A DNA stretch of 63,732 nt, filler included, from Octopus bimaculoides (GCF_001194135.2; 7 parts of 5 records of this genome joined end to end with filler, not necessarily neighbours in it), one strand, 5' to 3'. Shown: positions 11,371-24,912, counted from the first letter of the whole stretch. The notes: generated by a model not told the origin, from the letters alone. Numbers and translations are program-made.

Positions 11371-13106
11371 TATTATTGGAATTATTTGTTCTCCATATTG
11401 TATTTGTATTAACATAATTGGTGTAGTATTATTAATAAATTTGTTCATATTATGGAAATGATAAAACGTTCATGCTACAACAGAGTGGTATAAAGCATGA
11501 CTAATTTCAAATGAAATCAATAAACATGAGCAATTTTCTAAAGTAATCGATCTCCGAAGTGTGGAGAGGGGAAACGGTATTTTTTTGCTTTTATATATAT
11601 ATGTACGTTGTTTTTTTAATTTCTACGTTTGGTGAAAAATAATTATTTGCTTGATTATAATCAAGCAACAACATTTTAATTGAGATCAGATAAAAATAGA
11701 AAACAGAAAGCTCGAATGATTATAAAATGATAGAATAATTTCTTTTTAAACCCAAAGAGAAAATTTATTTTGTGTATAGTTGCAGATAGTTAAACTGATA
11801 AAGTGTTGGATTAATCTAATAATCAAAAGGTTGTACCGTTTGTATTTTCTCAGCTTCAATACACCGTCCACATCACTATGGCTTTTGACACTTTCAGACT
11901 GCATCAGTTGCAATTAGGTGCCAAATTTACATAGATTTCATTATTTTAAAATGTAGGAATACTGCATGATTTGTTTTGTTATATAGACATTTTGTATTAC
12001 ACCTGTGGGCCTGTGAACTTAAAGAGGTGAAACCAAAGTTTTTGAAGTACTTAATCCCAAACAAGATTACACCTCTGGTTTCGATTTTGGTTACAGACTG
12101 TTGATAAATTCTCCTTCGTAACAGTCCATCCAAAATAAATATTCTTCATATAAAGGCACCTATATTTAGTAGATATTGTTCATATCCAAATATATGATGT
12201 TTTACAGTGTAGCAAGTCTTCTGCTTAAATTTGAATCATCTCTCTTAGATTCCTACTTCAAAACCACGGCCTAATTATGTTTCCATAAAAGATAGGACCA
12301 GCTACAAAAACATAACTATATCCCAATAAAAGGCATGAACACCCACGTAAACATTTTTTGAGTAATCAGTAAGACTTGAAAGAAAGCTGTATGAAATTCT
12401 TAGTAAACTATATTTCCGAAGGTTCTAGAAGCTTTGCTCAAGGCTATAAAAAGCTGGAGTATTGAACCCTAAAACAGAATCATCTCCAGGGCTACAACGA
12501 ACACTATTTCTCAGTTCCTTGACAAGTATTCTCTCATTTTCATCTACTTATTTTATATAACATACTTTTCAAACCAAGGTCCGGCTATGCGTAAATAAAC
12601 AATGTCAGCATACATATATTCATACCTACATATATGTAAATAACTTTCCATGCAATTTCTCACCTTATTCTGTTTAAATTATCATGTAACAGTGTTAAGT
12701 AAAACATCGTTTCTATTTTATGCAGTGTAAATCTTTATCTTATACACGGTAACTATCACACGCAACAACTTTTAGTCTATCACTACTGGTTACTATAAAC
12801 CACGTTCCACAGATTTATCTGGTATCTTATCAACTGATGAGATACATCAATGAAATCGTGGTCCAAAATTCAGTTTAGGTCAGCTATTTAATGACAAACT
12901 AAAACTTGATGTAGAAACTAACTTCAGCATGACAGCTTACCAACTGAAATGGACATCAGCCCTGAAATCCAACTCCCCATCCTCTAGTAAAACTATCTCT
13001 AGCCCCACCTTTACTATAACTACCACTAGATTCCCAACCTGCCAACCAGACAACCCATTTCATTTTCCTCCTTCTAATCCTGAACTTAACCCTAAGCTAA
13101 TGAGAT

Positions 13107-13331
13107 TTAACCCTTTAACATTCAGATTACTCTATCAAATATAATCCTTATTTATTCACATTGTTTTGAATTAATCATGTGTTATCTCAAAGCTTCAAGA
13201 TTTTGATGATGTGGTTGCTTATTTTTAAAATGACATTTTCAGGCAGGTATGAGAGGCCAAATGTGGCCAGTTTAAACATAAAACATAGAGTATTTGGGCC
13301 GGTATAGCCAGTTTAAATGCTGAAGGGTTGG
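13107..13331. mobile_element. piggyBac-like MITE (type B)
   Basis: TTAA-CCCTTTA..TGAAGGG-TTG ends. A second copy lies at 39438-39670. Confidence 0.7.
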
Positions 13332-14242
13332 ACATTCAGTTATCAGTATCTTACAAAAATATTTCACTCCTTCCTTTAATCTCCCTAGATCCCAATTCTT
13401 CACTCTACAAAACTGACTTAAAAAATTTTTTATGCATCAATCTTCATACATAGGGAGAGAAATTTGTATTAGGATATGAACATGATGAACCAGCATTTGA
13501 GTACTTAAACAGCACTACATTATATGAAAAAGTCAATAACATCATATCTAGCCAGCTCGAAGTTATTAGACACACGCTGGATGAACATCTGTAAAGAGAG
13601 AGGACTCTCAAAGAAGATGAAGTGTAACTTCATCACAAGAAACAAAGTACTCCCCATTTTCCATCACCTCTTTCTATGACATAAACCAGTATTAAATTTA
13701 AAATTATGTCTATTGTCTTCAGTATTAACGGACCTTTCTGCAAAATCGTTTGGTTTAATTTAATATTCCCAGGCCACTACTTCAAACTTTCTGGGGACAT
13801 GTTGAGAGCTCCATCGAAGTCATCAACGAATTCAAAGATCTCAATCTATCCATACTTAGGGAAAATAACAACCCATTTGGATGTCGTTTTCTTGTACACC
13901 TCCATCCCAACAGCCCCAACTATGAACTTACTAAGTGAATATTTTGCTTTTTCTAACAATTCAAATTGGTTGAGGCTCACAGCTCCAGATATCTCTGAAC
14001 TCTTAACTGCTATAATGGACAACATCTTTTCCTAGTTCAAGGAGTCCATGTACAAACAAACCTCTGCATTGCTTGACCTATTCACCATCATATAAACGGT
14101 CCGGCTGGAACGTTAGAATGCATAGCACTCAACAGTGGTCAAGCTTCTGTCCTTTTCACACCAGTCATGTGAATGATATCCTCATATTAATATCTCGAGA
14201 GGAGGCTGTGATAATATAGACTATGTTCAATAATATTGATGA

Positions 14243-14457
14243 AAGGCAATGAGCTGGCACTCGTCAGCACGCCAAGAGAAATGCTTATCGGCATTTTCTG
14301 TCTTTACGTTCTGAGTTCAAATTCCACTGAAGTCAACTTTCATTCTTTCAGGGGTCAATAAAATAAGTGTAGTTGAACACTGGTGCCGACGGAATCAACT
14401 TCCCCCTTCCCCCACGAACAGTCTGGCCTTGTGCCAAAATTTGAAACCAATATCGAT
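14243..14457 (+). mobile_element. Family A SINE with a 13-bp TSD-like repeat
   Basis: Flanked by aatattgatgaaa and aatatcgatgaaa. Confidence 0.85.
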
Positions 14458-14499
14458 GAAATATAAAATTTGAAGTAGAGCATTGCAATAACATTGGTT

Positions 14500-14736
14500 T
14501 TTTTATAAGGCAGCGAGCTGGCAGAAACGCTTGCACGCCGGGAGAAATGTTTAGTGGCATTTCGTCTGCCGCTACGTTCTTAGTTCAAATGCCACCGAGG
14601 TCGACTTTGCCTTTCATCCTTTCGGGGTCGATTAAATAAGTACCAGTTACGCACTGGGGGTCGATATAATCGACTTAATCCGTTTGTCTGTCCTTGTTTG
14701 TCCCGTCTGTGTGTAGCCCCTTGTGGGCAGTAAAGA
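14500..14736 (+). mobile_element. Near full-length family A SINE with a perfect TSD
   Basis: AATAACATTGGTT at 14487-14499 and 14737-14749. Confidence 0.92.
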
Positions 14737-15969
14737 AATAACATTGGTTATTTATCTATGCTTGATTTTGAACTCAGAATCACAGGATCATCATCTCTGA
14801 CATCTACAGAAAAGCGGCATGCTGGGGCCTACTTGCACATTATACTTCATCCCTGTGCATCAGAGAGCTACGATGACCTACATTGGAAATGAGATCCATG
14901 AGATCAGCAGTAAATGCAACGAGGTGGGAAAGAAAAGATCAATAACATTCAGTTTCAAAAAGTCCTGATGGGAAATGTTTATCCATACTTTTTCACTAAA
15001 TATAAGGAGGTGCAGATGAGGGCAGCTGCATCAGACTCTCTCATGCCCCAAATGTCAATTCCTGAAGTAAAATTATGTACCAACACCAAATGGCGGTGCC
15101 CCAGCATGGCCACAGCTCATGAGCTGAAACTAGATTAAAAACAAAAAATATCACCAGACCGTCAAACAGAACCCACATATCCAAGGATAACATATGCTAT
15201 GAAAAATACAAACAACTGTTGCAATTTACCGGGCACCTTGCAAGGAGAAATTTAATATACAACTGGTACACTCTGGGCCTTCTCTGGGGAAGGTCCTAAC
15301 TAAAAACAGATCGAGGTAAAGCACCTTATGTACATTACCCAACTACTCGACCAAAGATGAAAACATGTCTGCAGTCTTATGTGGTGTGCAAAATCACGTG
15401 TAGCAAATGTGATGAATTCTACATCGGAAGTACTATCAGATAAGTTCACATACAGATTAAAAACACCTCTGTGCAAATGTTTCTTCCATCAACAAAAAAG
15501 AAAAAAAGCACCTACGGAAATATTACATTCAAGACATCCAAGTTTCTATTAAAGCTGCAGAAAGAAACATGGGGAACTTGAGAATAAAAGAAACTATTTT
15601 AATTCACAAGTACAGTTTGGGAATTAGTTACAGATCTGAATTGCATGTAGCTGATGGGATACTACAGCAAAGCAAAACAACCCTTCATACATCCACACAT
15701 GCATGCACACGCGCGCGCGCGCGCACGCACACACACACGCACACACACGCACACACACACACACATACACACACACACACACACATACACACACTACAGA
15801 GCAGAGACATCAACTATCAACATCTTTCCTCTGTAAATTTTCTGAAGGTGTCCAAACTCTAAAATGTTACAAGACTAAATAACAGTACTAACCGTTGCTG
15901 TGTATCAATAATTCTTGTAAATTGCATTGCTGTGACTTAAAAAGTATTTAAAGCATTTATACATGGAAT

Positions 15970-16340
15970 GGAGTGGCTGTGTGATAAGTAGCTTGCTTAC
16001 TAACCACATGATCCCAGGTTCAATCCCACTGCATGGCACCTTGGGCAAGTGTCTTTTACTATAGCCTTGGGCCAACCAATGCCTTGTGAGTGGATTTGGT
16101 AGACAGAAACTGAAAGAAGCCTGCCGTATATGTGTGTGTGTTTGTGTGTCTATGTTTGTCCCTCCCCCCACCACCATGCTGGTGTGATTAAGTCCCTGTA
16201 ACTTAGCAGTTCAGCAAAAGAGACTGATGGAATAAGATCTAGGCTTACAATGAATAATTCCTGGGGTTGATTTGTTCGAGTAAAGGCAGTGCTCCAGCAT
16301 GGCCACAGTCAAATGACTAAAACAAATATAAGAATAGAAG
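15970..16340 (+). mobile_element. Full-length SINE family B
   Basis: tRNA head, CORE-like domain, internal (TG)n, tail gctccagcatggccacagtcaaatgact. Confidence 0.9.
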
Positions 16341-17370
16341 AATATGTGCATATATAAACTGGTGGAAAGATGGATGACGAAAGAAAAGAAAGAAAATGGG
16401 GAATTTGAAGGAGAGAAAGAAAGAAGGAAAGAAAGAGAGAGGTTTTAACCCCCAAAGAATCAAAATTTTGATGGTTTTTCTGTCTGGGTCATGGACAAAG
16501 CAAAGATTTGAAGTGAGGATACAAATGACTGGTCTGTCAACGATTTGCCCTCTACTGTATAAAACTCAGTCAGTTCTCACTCTTGTTAACAACAATAATA
16601 TTCAGGAAAGGAAAGAGAAGAGAGTAATAACCGCAACAAGTGTGTGAAGATAAAGGACAAAAAGAGGAAAAGAAAGGAAAAGAATTCTTGCAGTTAATGT
16701 AGAAGAGCTTGCAAAGATTTTATATAACGCAAGAAAGAAAGAATTGAAAAAAAAAACTGTTTTTCTTAGTTTCCTCAAACACGAATGCAATTTCCATTAC
16801 TTGTTAGTGTTTAACAAGAAAAACAAAATTTGTATTTATTTTCCTTCTTAACTATAAATTGAACCACAAGCATCATTTATTTATATTGAACATCTATTAA
16901 TGTATTATTGTCTGTTCATTTAAACTTAATCGTATTATTCTTCCTTATCTTGGCTACCACCAATATTAAAACATCTTCACCATTTTCTTAGAGGTTTTTC
17001 TCCTCATTTATTTCTTATTTTCTTCTTTGAACACCATTACTTATTATTTTTTTTTATTTTTCATTTTAACATTTCTTTCTTTCTTATTCCCCTCTATTTT
17101 GTCTGCTGCCACTTCTTCTACTACCATTCCATTAAAAGACTTGCCATGTTCTTCAGTTTGTCTTTCTTGCTTTTTTTTTCTTTCCTTTTCTACTGATTTT
17201 GGTAGTTTCTGGCAACTCACTTCTCACTGTTTCCCTCTGTGTCTCTTTCTCCTTTTCTCTTCCACACACACATACATATATATATATACATACACACACG
17301 CAGACACACACATAGTTTCTTAGTCTCTCACTTATATTTCTTTAGTTTTTCCTTTCCACATGCCCATATT

Positions 17371-17410
<40 letters not shown>

Positions 17411-18336
17411 NNNNNNNNNNNNNNNNNNNNNNNNNNNNNNNNNNNNNNNNNNNNNNNNNNNNNNNNNCCTTGTCTGCTGGCCTCCGTACCTCCCATTAAT
17501 ATAGTCAATAATAAAAGCAATATTTTTCTAAGCTATTTAATATTTTAAAACAATAGATGAAAGATTTTCTCTCTTTTAATGTCTTTTATTAAAATGGCCC
17601 AACTTGAACAGCAATGAAGTTACCAATCAATAGTGAGGGATTAATAACAATTGATATGACCATTCTACTTTACCCTCTTCACCACACAAACTGACATATG
17701 ACCAACTGATTTATCCACCACGTCATTCTAAAATTTTCTGTCAGTTCAATAACTTGAAAAATTGCCTTCAGCAATTCAGTTTTATGTCTGTTTTCATGCT
17801 GTCTTTGAAAGGATCATATCACCTCATCGTATTTAAGATGGAGAGATGTATAAAGAAAGCCATGGTTATGGTGGTGGGTAATGGATATTGAAGAGATTGT
17901 TGGTAGCATTAGTAAACTAGAAAATAGCAATGGTGATGGTGGGGTGCATGATATGAGCTGCGTCACCTGATCAGTTTCGTCAATCAGGAGTTACTATTTA
18001 ATTATTTTAGCATAGAACAGAACAGTTCAAATAATTCATATTTCGTAGAGTGTCCAGACATATTATTGGATTAAATAACTGTTAATAAATCTACTATCAC
18101 TAATTTTGAAGATTGCTTTTCGGAAGGTAGTCGATTGAGAATAGACTAGACTAGACTAGATAATTGACAAGGATGTTCTCTGGCTTCTAGTTCTCAGGAA
18201 CTGGAGTTGTTCTGTTTACTTTTTCATTTGTTTTACAATGCTTAATGAAATAGTTTTCAAAATTTGATGACAGGCTTTGCTCAAATCATCTTATCTTTCC
18301 TCTTCATCACAACAAACTAATATGTAAGAAGGCTTG

Positions 18337-18660
18337 TCAGTCTGTCTCATGGACCCAGTAAGCAAAATGGAAAAGGCATTGCCCTAGAGAATAGCAAGAG
18401 AGATGTTCTGGAACAACCACTCTGATTTTCAGGGCTTGCAGTTGTGGATAGCTATCACTAATGATGAGCAGGGATGTGGTCCCATCCCTGGAAACACCAG
18501 AGGTTTCCACTGCCACAGGCTTGACCACAAACCTGTCAGAGAATGGCCGATATTTTGACAGTTTCCTCTTCTTTACCTGACAAGCAGCAAAGCCTGGGAT
18601 GGGAGCTGAACACACCAAGTTGCTGCCGGAGAATGTAATGAAATGGTAGCCAAACAAATA
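18337..18660 (-). mobile_element. CRE-like RLE non-LTR retrotransposon, C-terminal fragment
   Basis: ORF: SAPIPGFAACQVKKRKLSKYRPFSDRFVVKPVAVETSGV, the AAxxAExRKxxKY..PxAxETxG pattern of RLE-clade C-termini. Confidence 0.7.
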
Positions 18661-20776
18661 AGATAACAGCCAACAGGCCCTCCTGTTGTGAGTTTCTAAC
18701 TCACTGAGGGTTGCTTAGTAATACCTTTTATAGAAAAATGTATCTTTCAACTTTTGCTTGGCCAAGGCAGGGGCTTTCGACCATTTTTTACCTGTGAACC
18801 CCTCTGATTCCTATTTTAATCAGGATGGTGGTGGAGGGGACCTTTAAAAATAAACTGGTGGCCTTATCAAGCTAGTCTTGGGAATGTAGCATTTGATAAT
18901 GGAAGAGAGACATTTACACCAAGAGTGTCAGTTTGTATGAGATGTGTGTGTCAGGAATGAGACTCACTTGTAGGAATCACTGAATTCCACAGCTAAAGCT
19001 GAGTAGTGTAAGTTCATGCAGCCTTTAATCTTAACTGTGTTATGACCACTGGTCAGTTACCAGACTCAGCATATAATTTACTGGTAGGGACACAGCATTT
19101 CGTTTCGCAACCATAAAATACAATCAAGTATATTAAATGCTTAAAGGTCAATAATATGTCCTACTTGTGTTAGCAGTGCAATAATGGTCTATATATAAAA
19201 AGAAAGGGTACCAAAAAGTCCACTCAGCTGGAAAAAATGAGTTTTCCTGCAACAGGCCAGTGTCCTGTCCAGTGAGATGTATATACACCAGAGAGTTTGG
19301 GAAACTGGCCCTATGTGACTTGGGAAGAAGTCTTATCCTATTTTTTTTTTTATCCAAAGACAAAATTGTCAATGACATTCCAAAATATTGTTTACAAATG
19401 TAATTTTAAGAAGTTAAACTGTTTGTCTATCATGTTAACATTATTCAGCCCAGCTAAAGATAAAAGCAAGTTCTTGATATGACTTGAATGGTTAGCCACT
19501 TGCTGACTTCATCACTCCCTGACAGAATTCTTGTCTATTCCATCCAAAATACAAGACTGAACAGACACGACAAGATCAGAGAGAAGAAGAGACATGGAGA
19601 AGAACAAATTGTCATTGAAAAGGTCACAGATATTTGACAAAAGAACTCTGAGAAATAAACTAATAATAATAATGACAAAGATAAAGTGAAGACCAAATAA
19701 ACAGTGCAGGTGTTTATTGGCCATATTAACCATCCCAAAGCATAACCATATCTGTTTCAACGTATGATTTCTCATCAAGAATTTTGCAAAACAAATACAT
19801 AAACGGATGAAAATTTTACATGAAATTTGGTCAAAATTCAAAAGTAACTTCTACTAAGAAACATAATTTATTTAAATTTCATTGACAGATATGCATAATA
19901 ATGCATAACAATCTTTATTTGTTTTGTAAGATTTGACATTAAGGTTAAGTCAAGAACATGTATTCTTCAAGTGAGCAACTGAAAATTTAATGTTCATCTG
20001 GTCAAGCAGCACAGTATGGCCAAATACTGGTGAATCTTTTGAAAAGCTAAAGCACCTCTATTCAAAGTTTAGCCACATAGTTGAAACTTTATTTCAGAAC
20101 TTTTCAATTCAAGGAAAATTGACTGAATAAGAAAACGAAAAATATGTATTTCCTTTCTGCTGAACCAGAATACTATTTAAGGTGATTTCTCTAAACTGAA
20201 TCTATTAAGATTGTGTCGGTAAGATCATTATCTCAGGAGATATTTCATGAAAGATTTCTTTTGGTTCTATTATGTAATTGCATAAAGAATTAGATTGTTT
20301 AAAATTTATGTGGAAATTTAGTAATTTAGATACGAGATTCAATGTAATGCAAATATTTATAATAAATCGTCATGTGCAGAGAGAAAAGTGAGAATAAAAA
20401 CAGTGACATACATATTCATTCTTGAAATGTGAATATGCTAATCACCGTTGTGTTTCTTCTATGGAGAACTACTTCTTTCAAACAAGGTGTGTTCATAATG
20501 TGATTTATTGAGGGAAGGTGGGGGACTTTGAGACGCTAAGGTGTTTTAGCCTGGTTGTTTTACTTCAGTCAAAGCTACCAATGGATCGATGAATCTAAAC
20601 GAGAATTGTGGCTCTTGTTTATTAAATTCAGCACAAATAATTTACTGTTGCCTGCTCATGTCTGCTCAACTAATAATAAATAACCAGATGCATGGAGAAG
20701 AGCAAGAACCAACATGGCAATGTACATATTCATTTGTAATATGTTCCAGAAGATTTATCATCATCGTCACCATCAC

Positions 20777-20822
<46 letters not shown>

Positions 20823-20836
<14 letters not shown>

Positions 20837-20930
20837 TTACCATTTGTTTTTCATGCTGTCATGGGTTGGACATTTTGACAGGAGCTGGCAAGCCAGAGGA
20901 CTGTGCCAAGCTCTAGTTCCTGGTTTTGCA
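20823..20930 (-). mobile_element. LINE/SINE 3' tail ending in (GAT)n
   Basis: Homologous to 58096-58375 (catcatcat..tttccatgct..catgggttggac). Further pieces lie at about 22675-22880, 24300-24420, 25150-25345, 27275-27670 and 31770-31830. Confidence 0.7.
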
Positions 20931-21283
20931 TAGTCTCCCCTTCCTACTGCCAAACACTTCACAGAGTGTACCAGTTACTTTTAACATGGAACCAGCACCA
21001 GCAGAGTTACCAGGTAACTTACAAGTCAAAGATCCCCCACAACAGGGAAGGGGGACCATATTGATGCCACTTTGGACCAGTGAATATGCTACTCTTACTG
21101 TTGTATTTGTTCCTCAGAGAACAACTCCTTCATTCAGACGATGTGTGATCATAACACACAATTCAGAGGTAAGCAGACTTTAAGACACTGCAATGTTTCA
21201 GTCTCATTGTGTCTTCTCAGTCACAGCTAATTCTGACAATGAATCAAAACAAGAAGTTTTGCCCTTGCTTAAAACATTCAGCA

Positions 21284-21671
21284 GGAGTGGCTGTGTGGTA
21301 AGTAGCTTGCTTACCAACCACATGGTTCTGGGTTCAGTCCCACTGCATGGAACCTTGGGCAAGTGTCTTCTGCTATAGCCTCGGGATGACCAAAGCCTTG
21401 TGTGTGGATTTGGTTGACGGAAACTGAAAGAAGCCCGTCGTATATATATGTATATATATGTGTGTGTTTGTGTGTCTGTGTTTGTCCCCCCAGCATCGCT
21501 TGACAACCAATGCTGGTGTGTTTACGCCCCTGTAACTTAGCGGTTCAGCAAAAGAGATCGATAGAATAAGTACTAGGCCTACAAAGAATAAATCCTGGAG
21601 TCGATTTGCTTGACTAAAGGCGGTGCTCCAGCATGGCAACAATCAAATGACTGAAACAAGTAAAAGAGTAA
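21284..21671 (+). mobile_element. Full-length SINE family B
   Basis: Complete head-CORE-(TG)n-tail, ending gactgaaacaagtaaaagagta. Confidence 0.92.
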
Positions 21672-21707
21672 ACAAATTATTTGTTGATGCATGCTGGTGT
21701 TACCAAC

Positions 21708-21725
21708 CTGATAAGAAATCATCGT
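21708..21725 (-). CDS. Candidate microexon (xDDFLS(G))
   Basis: Strong acceptor tgttttgtttctcgctgttctctacgcag|AC GAT GAT TTC TTA TCA G|gttggt, 18 nt, phase 1-1. An alternative donor 4 nt further (TG|gtaaca) is possible. It lies in unique sequence between two TEs. Confidence 0.25.
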
Positions 21726-21794
21726 CTGCGTAGAGAACAGCGAGAAACAAAACAATGACATTCGGCAGAATTGAATTTAAGAAGATTCCAATTG

Positions 21795-22040
21795 TTGTAC
21801 TATGTTGAGTCAAATGTTTTACAATATTTTGGTAACTTATTTGCTTTGTTCACCCTACACCAAAGCAACCAAGCATTCAAAGTAGAGACCATCGTGTTCT
21901 ACTGTCTGAAGCCAGCTTTCTGCTAGTTCTTTGATTCCACACCGATACTGGTTCTTGTCCTTCAACAAGAAGATCTCCTTTGCTGAAGCATCCACCTCCG
22001 TTTGGTTGATGGAGCATCATGAGTGCAGGAAGTGAGCCAT
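21795..22040 (-). mobile_element. Mariner transposase 3' end relic
   Basis: EVDASAKEIFLLKDKNQYRCGIKELAESWLQTVEHDGLYFE matches the mariner C-terminus (GIxxLxERWxxxxxxDGxYF). Confidence 0.75.
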
Positions 22041-22100
22041 GGATCAGAACAAGTAATTCCATGTGAATATATATATGGAATAAAATGAGTTTGGATAAAA

Positions 22101-22628
22101 TACAGGGTGAACCCCCCAAAAAAATCAGAACCCACAAATCTTTGAATAAAACTGTTTGAATAAAGCAACACAGAGGGACAGATGGAAATGAACAGTGGCT
22201 CCAGCGAGATGGCCCACCCCCACCCCCCACATCAAATGACTCTCTAGCCTGACTGAGAGAGCGATTTCAGAAGAGACTGATCAGCAGGAAGTGTGATGTT
22301 GAGTGGGCACCGCATTCACCAGACTTCAACCCCACCAGGATAATGTTTACCAAAACAACCCTGAAAGGATTGGTGAACTTAAGGCAGAAATCAAGGAAAG
22401 CCCCAAAGAGGAATGTGTTTGAGTAATTGACAATTTTGTGCGATGTATGCAAGTGCTTGCATGACGTATGCCATTTGGAGCATATTTTGAAAAGAACATT
22501 ACTTTTATTCAAAAGGAATGATCGTACACAGACCGAGGTTTAAATCCAGCAGATTTCTTGAAATTTGCTGGACCTTTGTAGGATTTAATAAAATTTTTAT
22601 AGATTCTGTCTTTTTGGGTCACCTTGTA
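22101..22628 (+). mobile_element. Internally deleted Tc1/mariner element, DD41D-like
   Basis: TIRs TACAGGGTGA..CCCAAAAA and tttttgggtcaccttgta. Translation WLQRDG..RFQKRLISRKCDVEWAPHSPDFNP, with spacing consistent with about 41 residues. Confidence 0.8.
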
Positions 22629-22888
22629 TAATATAATAAGCAAAATGATAATTACAATCTTGATCGTGATCCTCAGCATCATCATCACTTGTATGGAGTT
22701 TATTGAGGCAGGATTTCTAGAGCAGGATGCCTTTCCTGTCATCAATCCTCATTTGTTTGTAAGCAAGGTAACATTTCCGCAAGCCTGGACATGCTTCTGA
22801 AGAATATTGTAAATGAATGAACTGCTTATAGGACAGTGACACTCATTTACAACTGTCATGTGACATCAAGACAAGGAGACACAACGGT

Positions 22889-22919
<31 letters not shown>

Positions 22920-22927
<8 letters not shown>

Positions 22928-23056
22928 GGGCTTCTTTCAAATCTACTTACAAGGCTTATGCTTGGAATTAAAGTAGAAGACACACCCAAGGTGCCGCACA
23001 GTAGGACCGAACCAAAAACCATTTGGTTTAGAAGTAAACCTCTTAACCACACAGCC
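22920..23056 (-). mobile_element. SINE family B, 5' fragment
   Basis: Reverse complement of the head and CORE (cccaaggtgccgca.., ttaaccacacagcc). Confidence 0.75.
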
Positions 23057-23798
23057 GAAATTATTAAACTTACATTAAAACAGTTAAACTGAAACATTCA
23101 TTCTGAAGTGATGGATTCTAAGCAAGAGAAAGGTACATAAACATTCAATTAAATAACAATAATATCTATTTCTGAACTAAGCTGTTAGCAGTTTAGCAGT
23201 TTAGCATCTTTTAGCAAAAAAGGAAAAGAATACCGTTGAATAAAGCCAAATCTATTTCATGTTTCTGCAGCTGAAATGCATAACACAAATAACAATTGCT
23301 CTATATTAATTATATGGCAGTATCAAGAGAAAAATATGATGGAGATGGTAAAATTAACCCCAAGTAATAAATATATATGAAATAAACTGGTTAGGAGGAA
23401 GTGAATAAGTTATAATAAAACTAATTACAATATAGCAGGTCTTTAAAAGAAAATTAATAAATATATAAAGATAATTAATGATTAATGTATAATTAACAGC
23501 TAATCTTATTTTAATCTTGCTTTGTATTAGAAAGTCTAAAGTTATTTATTTAAAATATTTTCAATAGAGACACAAGCTGGATTTTTTTTTTCTTTTTTTG
23601 ATAACATTGTTATGTTGTCAATGATCATGGTAGTGGGGTGGAATTAATTAAAACTCTGTATGTTTAATTTCTTACTTGTAATTAAAGCAGGCAATCAGCC
23701 TGAAGGCTTTCTATTTTTGTGAATCATCTCTGTTTCTATCAGGAAATGCTAATTAGGAATATTTACGAGTATTTATCTATCTATGCACAAACTGCATA

Positions 23799-24120
23799 TA
23801 TGGAGTCTGATCAATAAGTATCCGGACTTTTGCTATAGCATCAAAGCTAAAGCATGGAGAGGCCTACACAAAGTTTTCCAAAAGTTTTCATCGTTCTCAA
23901 CACAATGAAGAAGATCATGTGCAACTGAAACCTGAGTGTCTTTTTGGTCAGCTGAAAGCAGTTTTTGGCACAAACTTGGCAGACATGCGTCTCATACCCA
24001 AATCTTCAGTAATAATGGACAGAACCAAACCGTAATTAATCTGGACATCTTCTGATAACTCATGGATAGTGATTCGACAATTCCCCTTACAGCTGCATGT
24101 ATATCTGCAATATCTTTCTC
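23799..24120 (-). mobile_element. Mariner relic: TIR plus N-terminal HTH fragment
   Basis: TIR-like tatggagtctgatcaataagtatccggact. Translation SGRPISSRTEKDI..RITIHELSEDVQI..LGMRRMSAKFVP. Confidence 0.8.
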
Positions 24121-24205
24121 TGTTCTGCTGGATATGGGTCTCCCAGAACAGTCATCAATATCACCATTTTTCGGCCATCATATATATGTGTGTGTGTTTG
24201 TGTGT

Positions 24206-24299
<94 letters not shown>

Positions 24300-24439
24300 C
24301 CTTACTTGTGCACGAGCATCGCCTTACTGACACTTATGCCAGTGGCAAGTGAAAAAGCATTCAAGCGAGGTTATTGTCACTGCCACTTGATTGCCTCCTG
24401 AGCAGGTGGCATATAATGTGTCTACTACTATATCCCCAG

Positions 24440-24880
24440 GCCAACTAAAGCCTTGTGAGTGGATTTGGTAGACAGAAACTGAGAGAAACCCATTGTATAT
24501 GTACATATATGTGTGTATATGTTTATGTGTGCATGTGTCTGTGTTTGTCTCCACCTTTCATCACTTGACAACCCGTAACTTAGTGGTTCAGCAAAAGAGA
24601 TGCAGAGAATAAGCACTAGGCTTACAAAGAACTAAGTCATGGAGTTGATTTCTTCAACTAAAAGACCCTTTAAAGCAGTACTCCAGCATGGCTGTGTGGT
24701 AAGTAGCTTGCTTACCAACCACATGGTTCTGGGTTCAGTCCCACTGCATAGCGCCTTGGGAAAGTGTCTTCTGCTATATAGCCCTATGCTGACCAAAACC
24801 TTGTGATTGGATTTGGTAGACGTAAACTGAAAGAAGCCTGTTGTGTGTGTATCTGTGTATGTGTGTGTGTGTGTATGTGT

Positions 24881-24912
<32 letters not shown>

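Larger units (their letters stand above)
13440..15660 (+). mobile_element. Decayed Penelope-like element (RT, thumb, GIY-YIG) interrupted by two family A SINEs
   Basis: SIVFSINGP, HLDVVFLYTSIP, MDNIFS*FKESMYKQT, HVNDILIL (YVDD-like), YRKAACWG..HYTS, VVCKITCSKCDEFYIGST, LRIKETILI. The frame continues across the SINE insertions. Confidence 0.9.

Noticed and set aside
12820-12870. CTGATGA..GAAA near the Penelope 5' region
   Set aside because: CTGATGA is sequestered in a local 11-bp palindrome, and the cleavage position would be G.
20965-21168. Plus-strand 204-nt open segment with good splice-like ends (SVPVTFNMEPAP..THNSE|gtaagc)
   Set aside because: No recognisable domain, several mutually exclusive exon parses, and opposite strand to the supported gene. 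It cannot be supported without RNA data.
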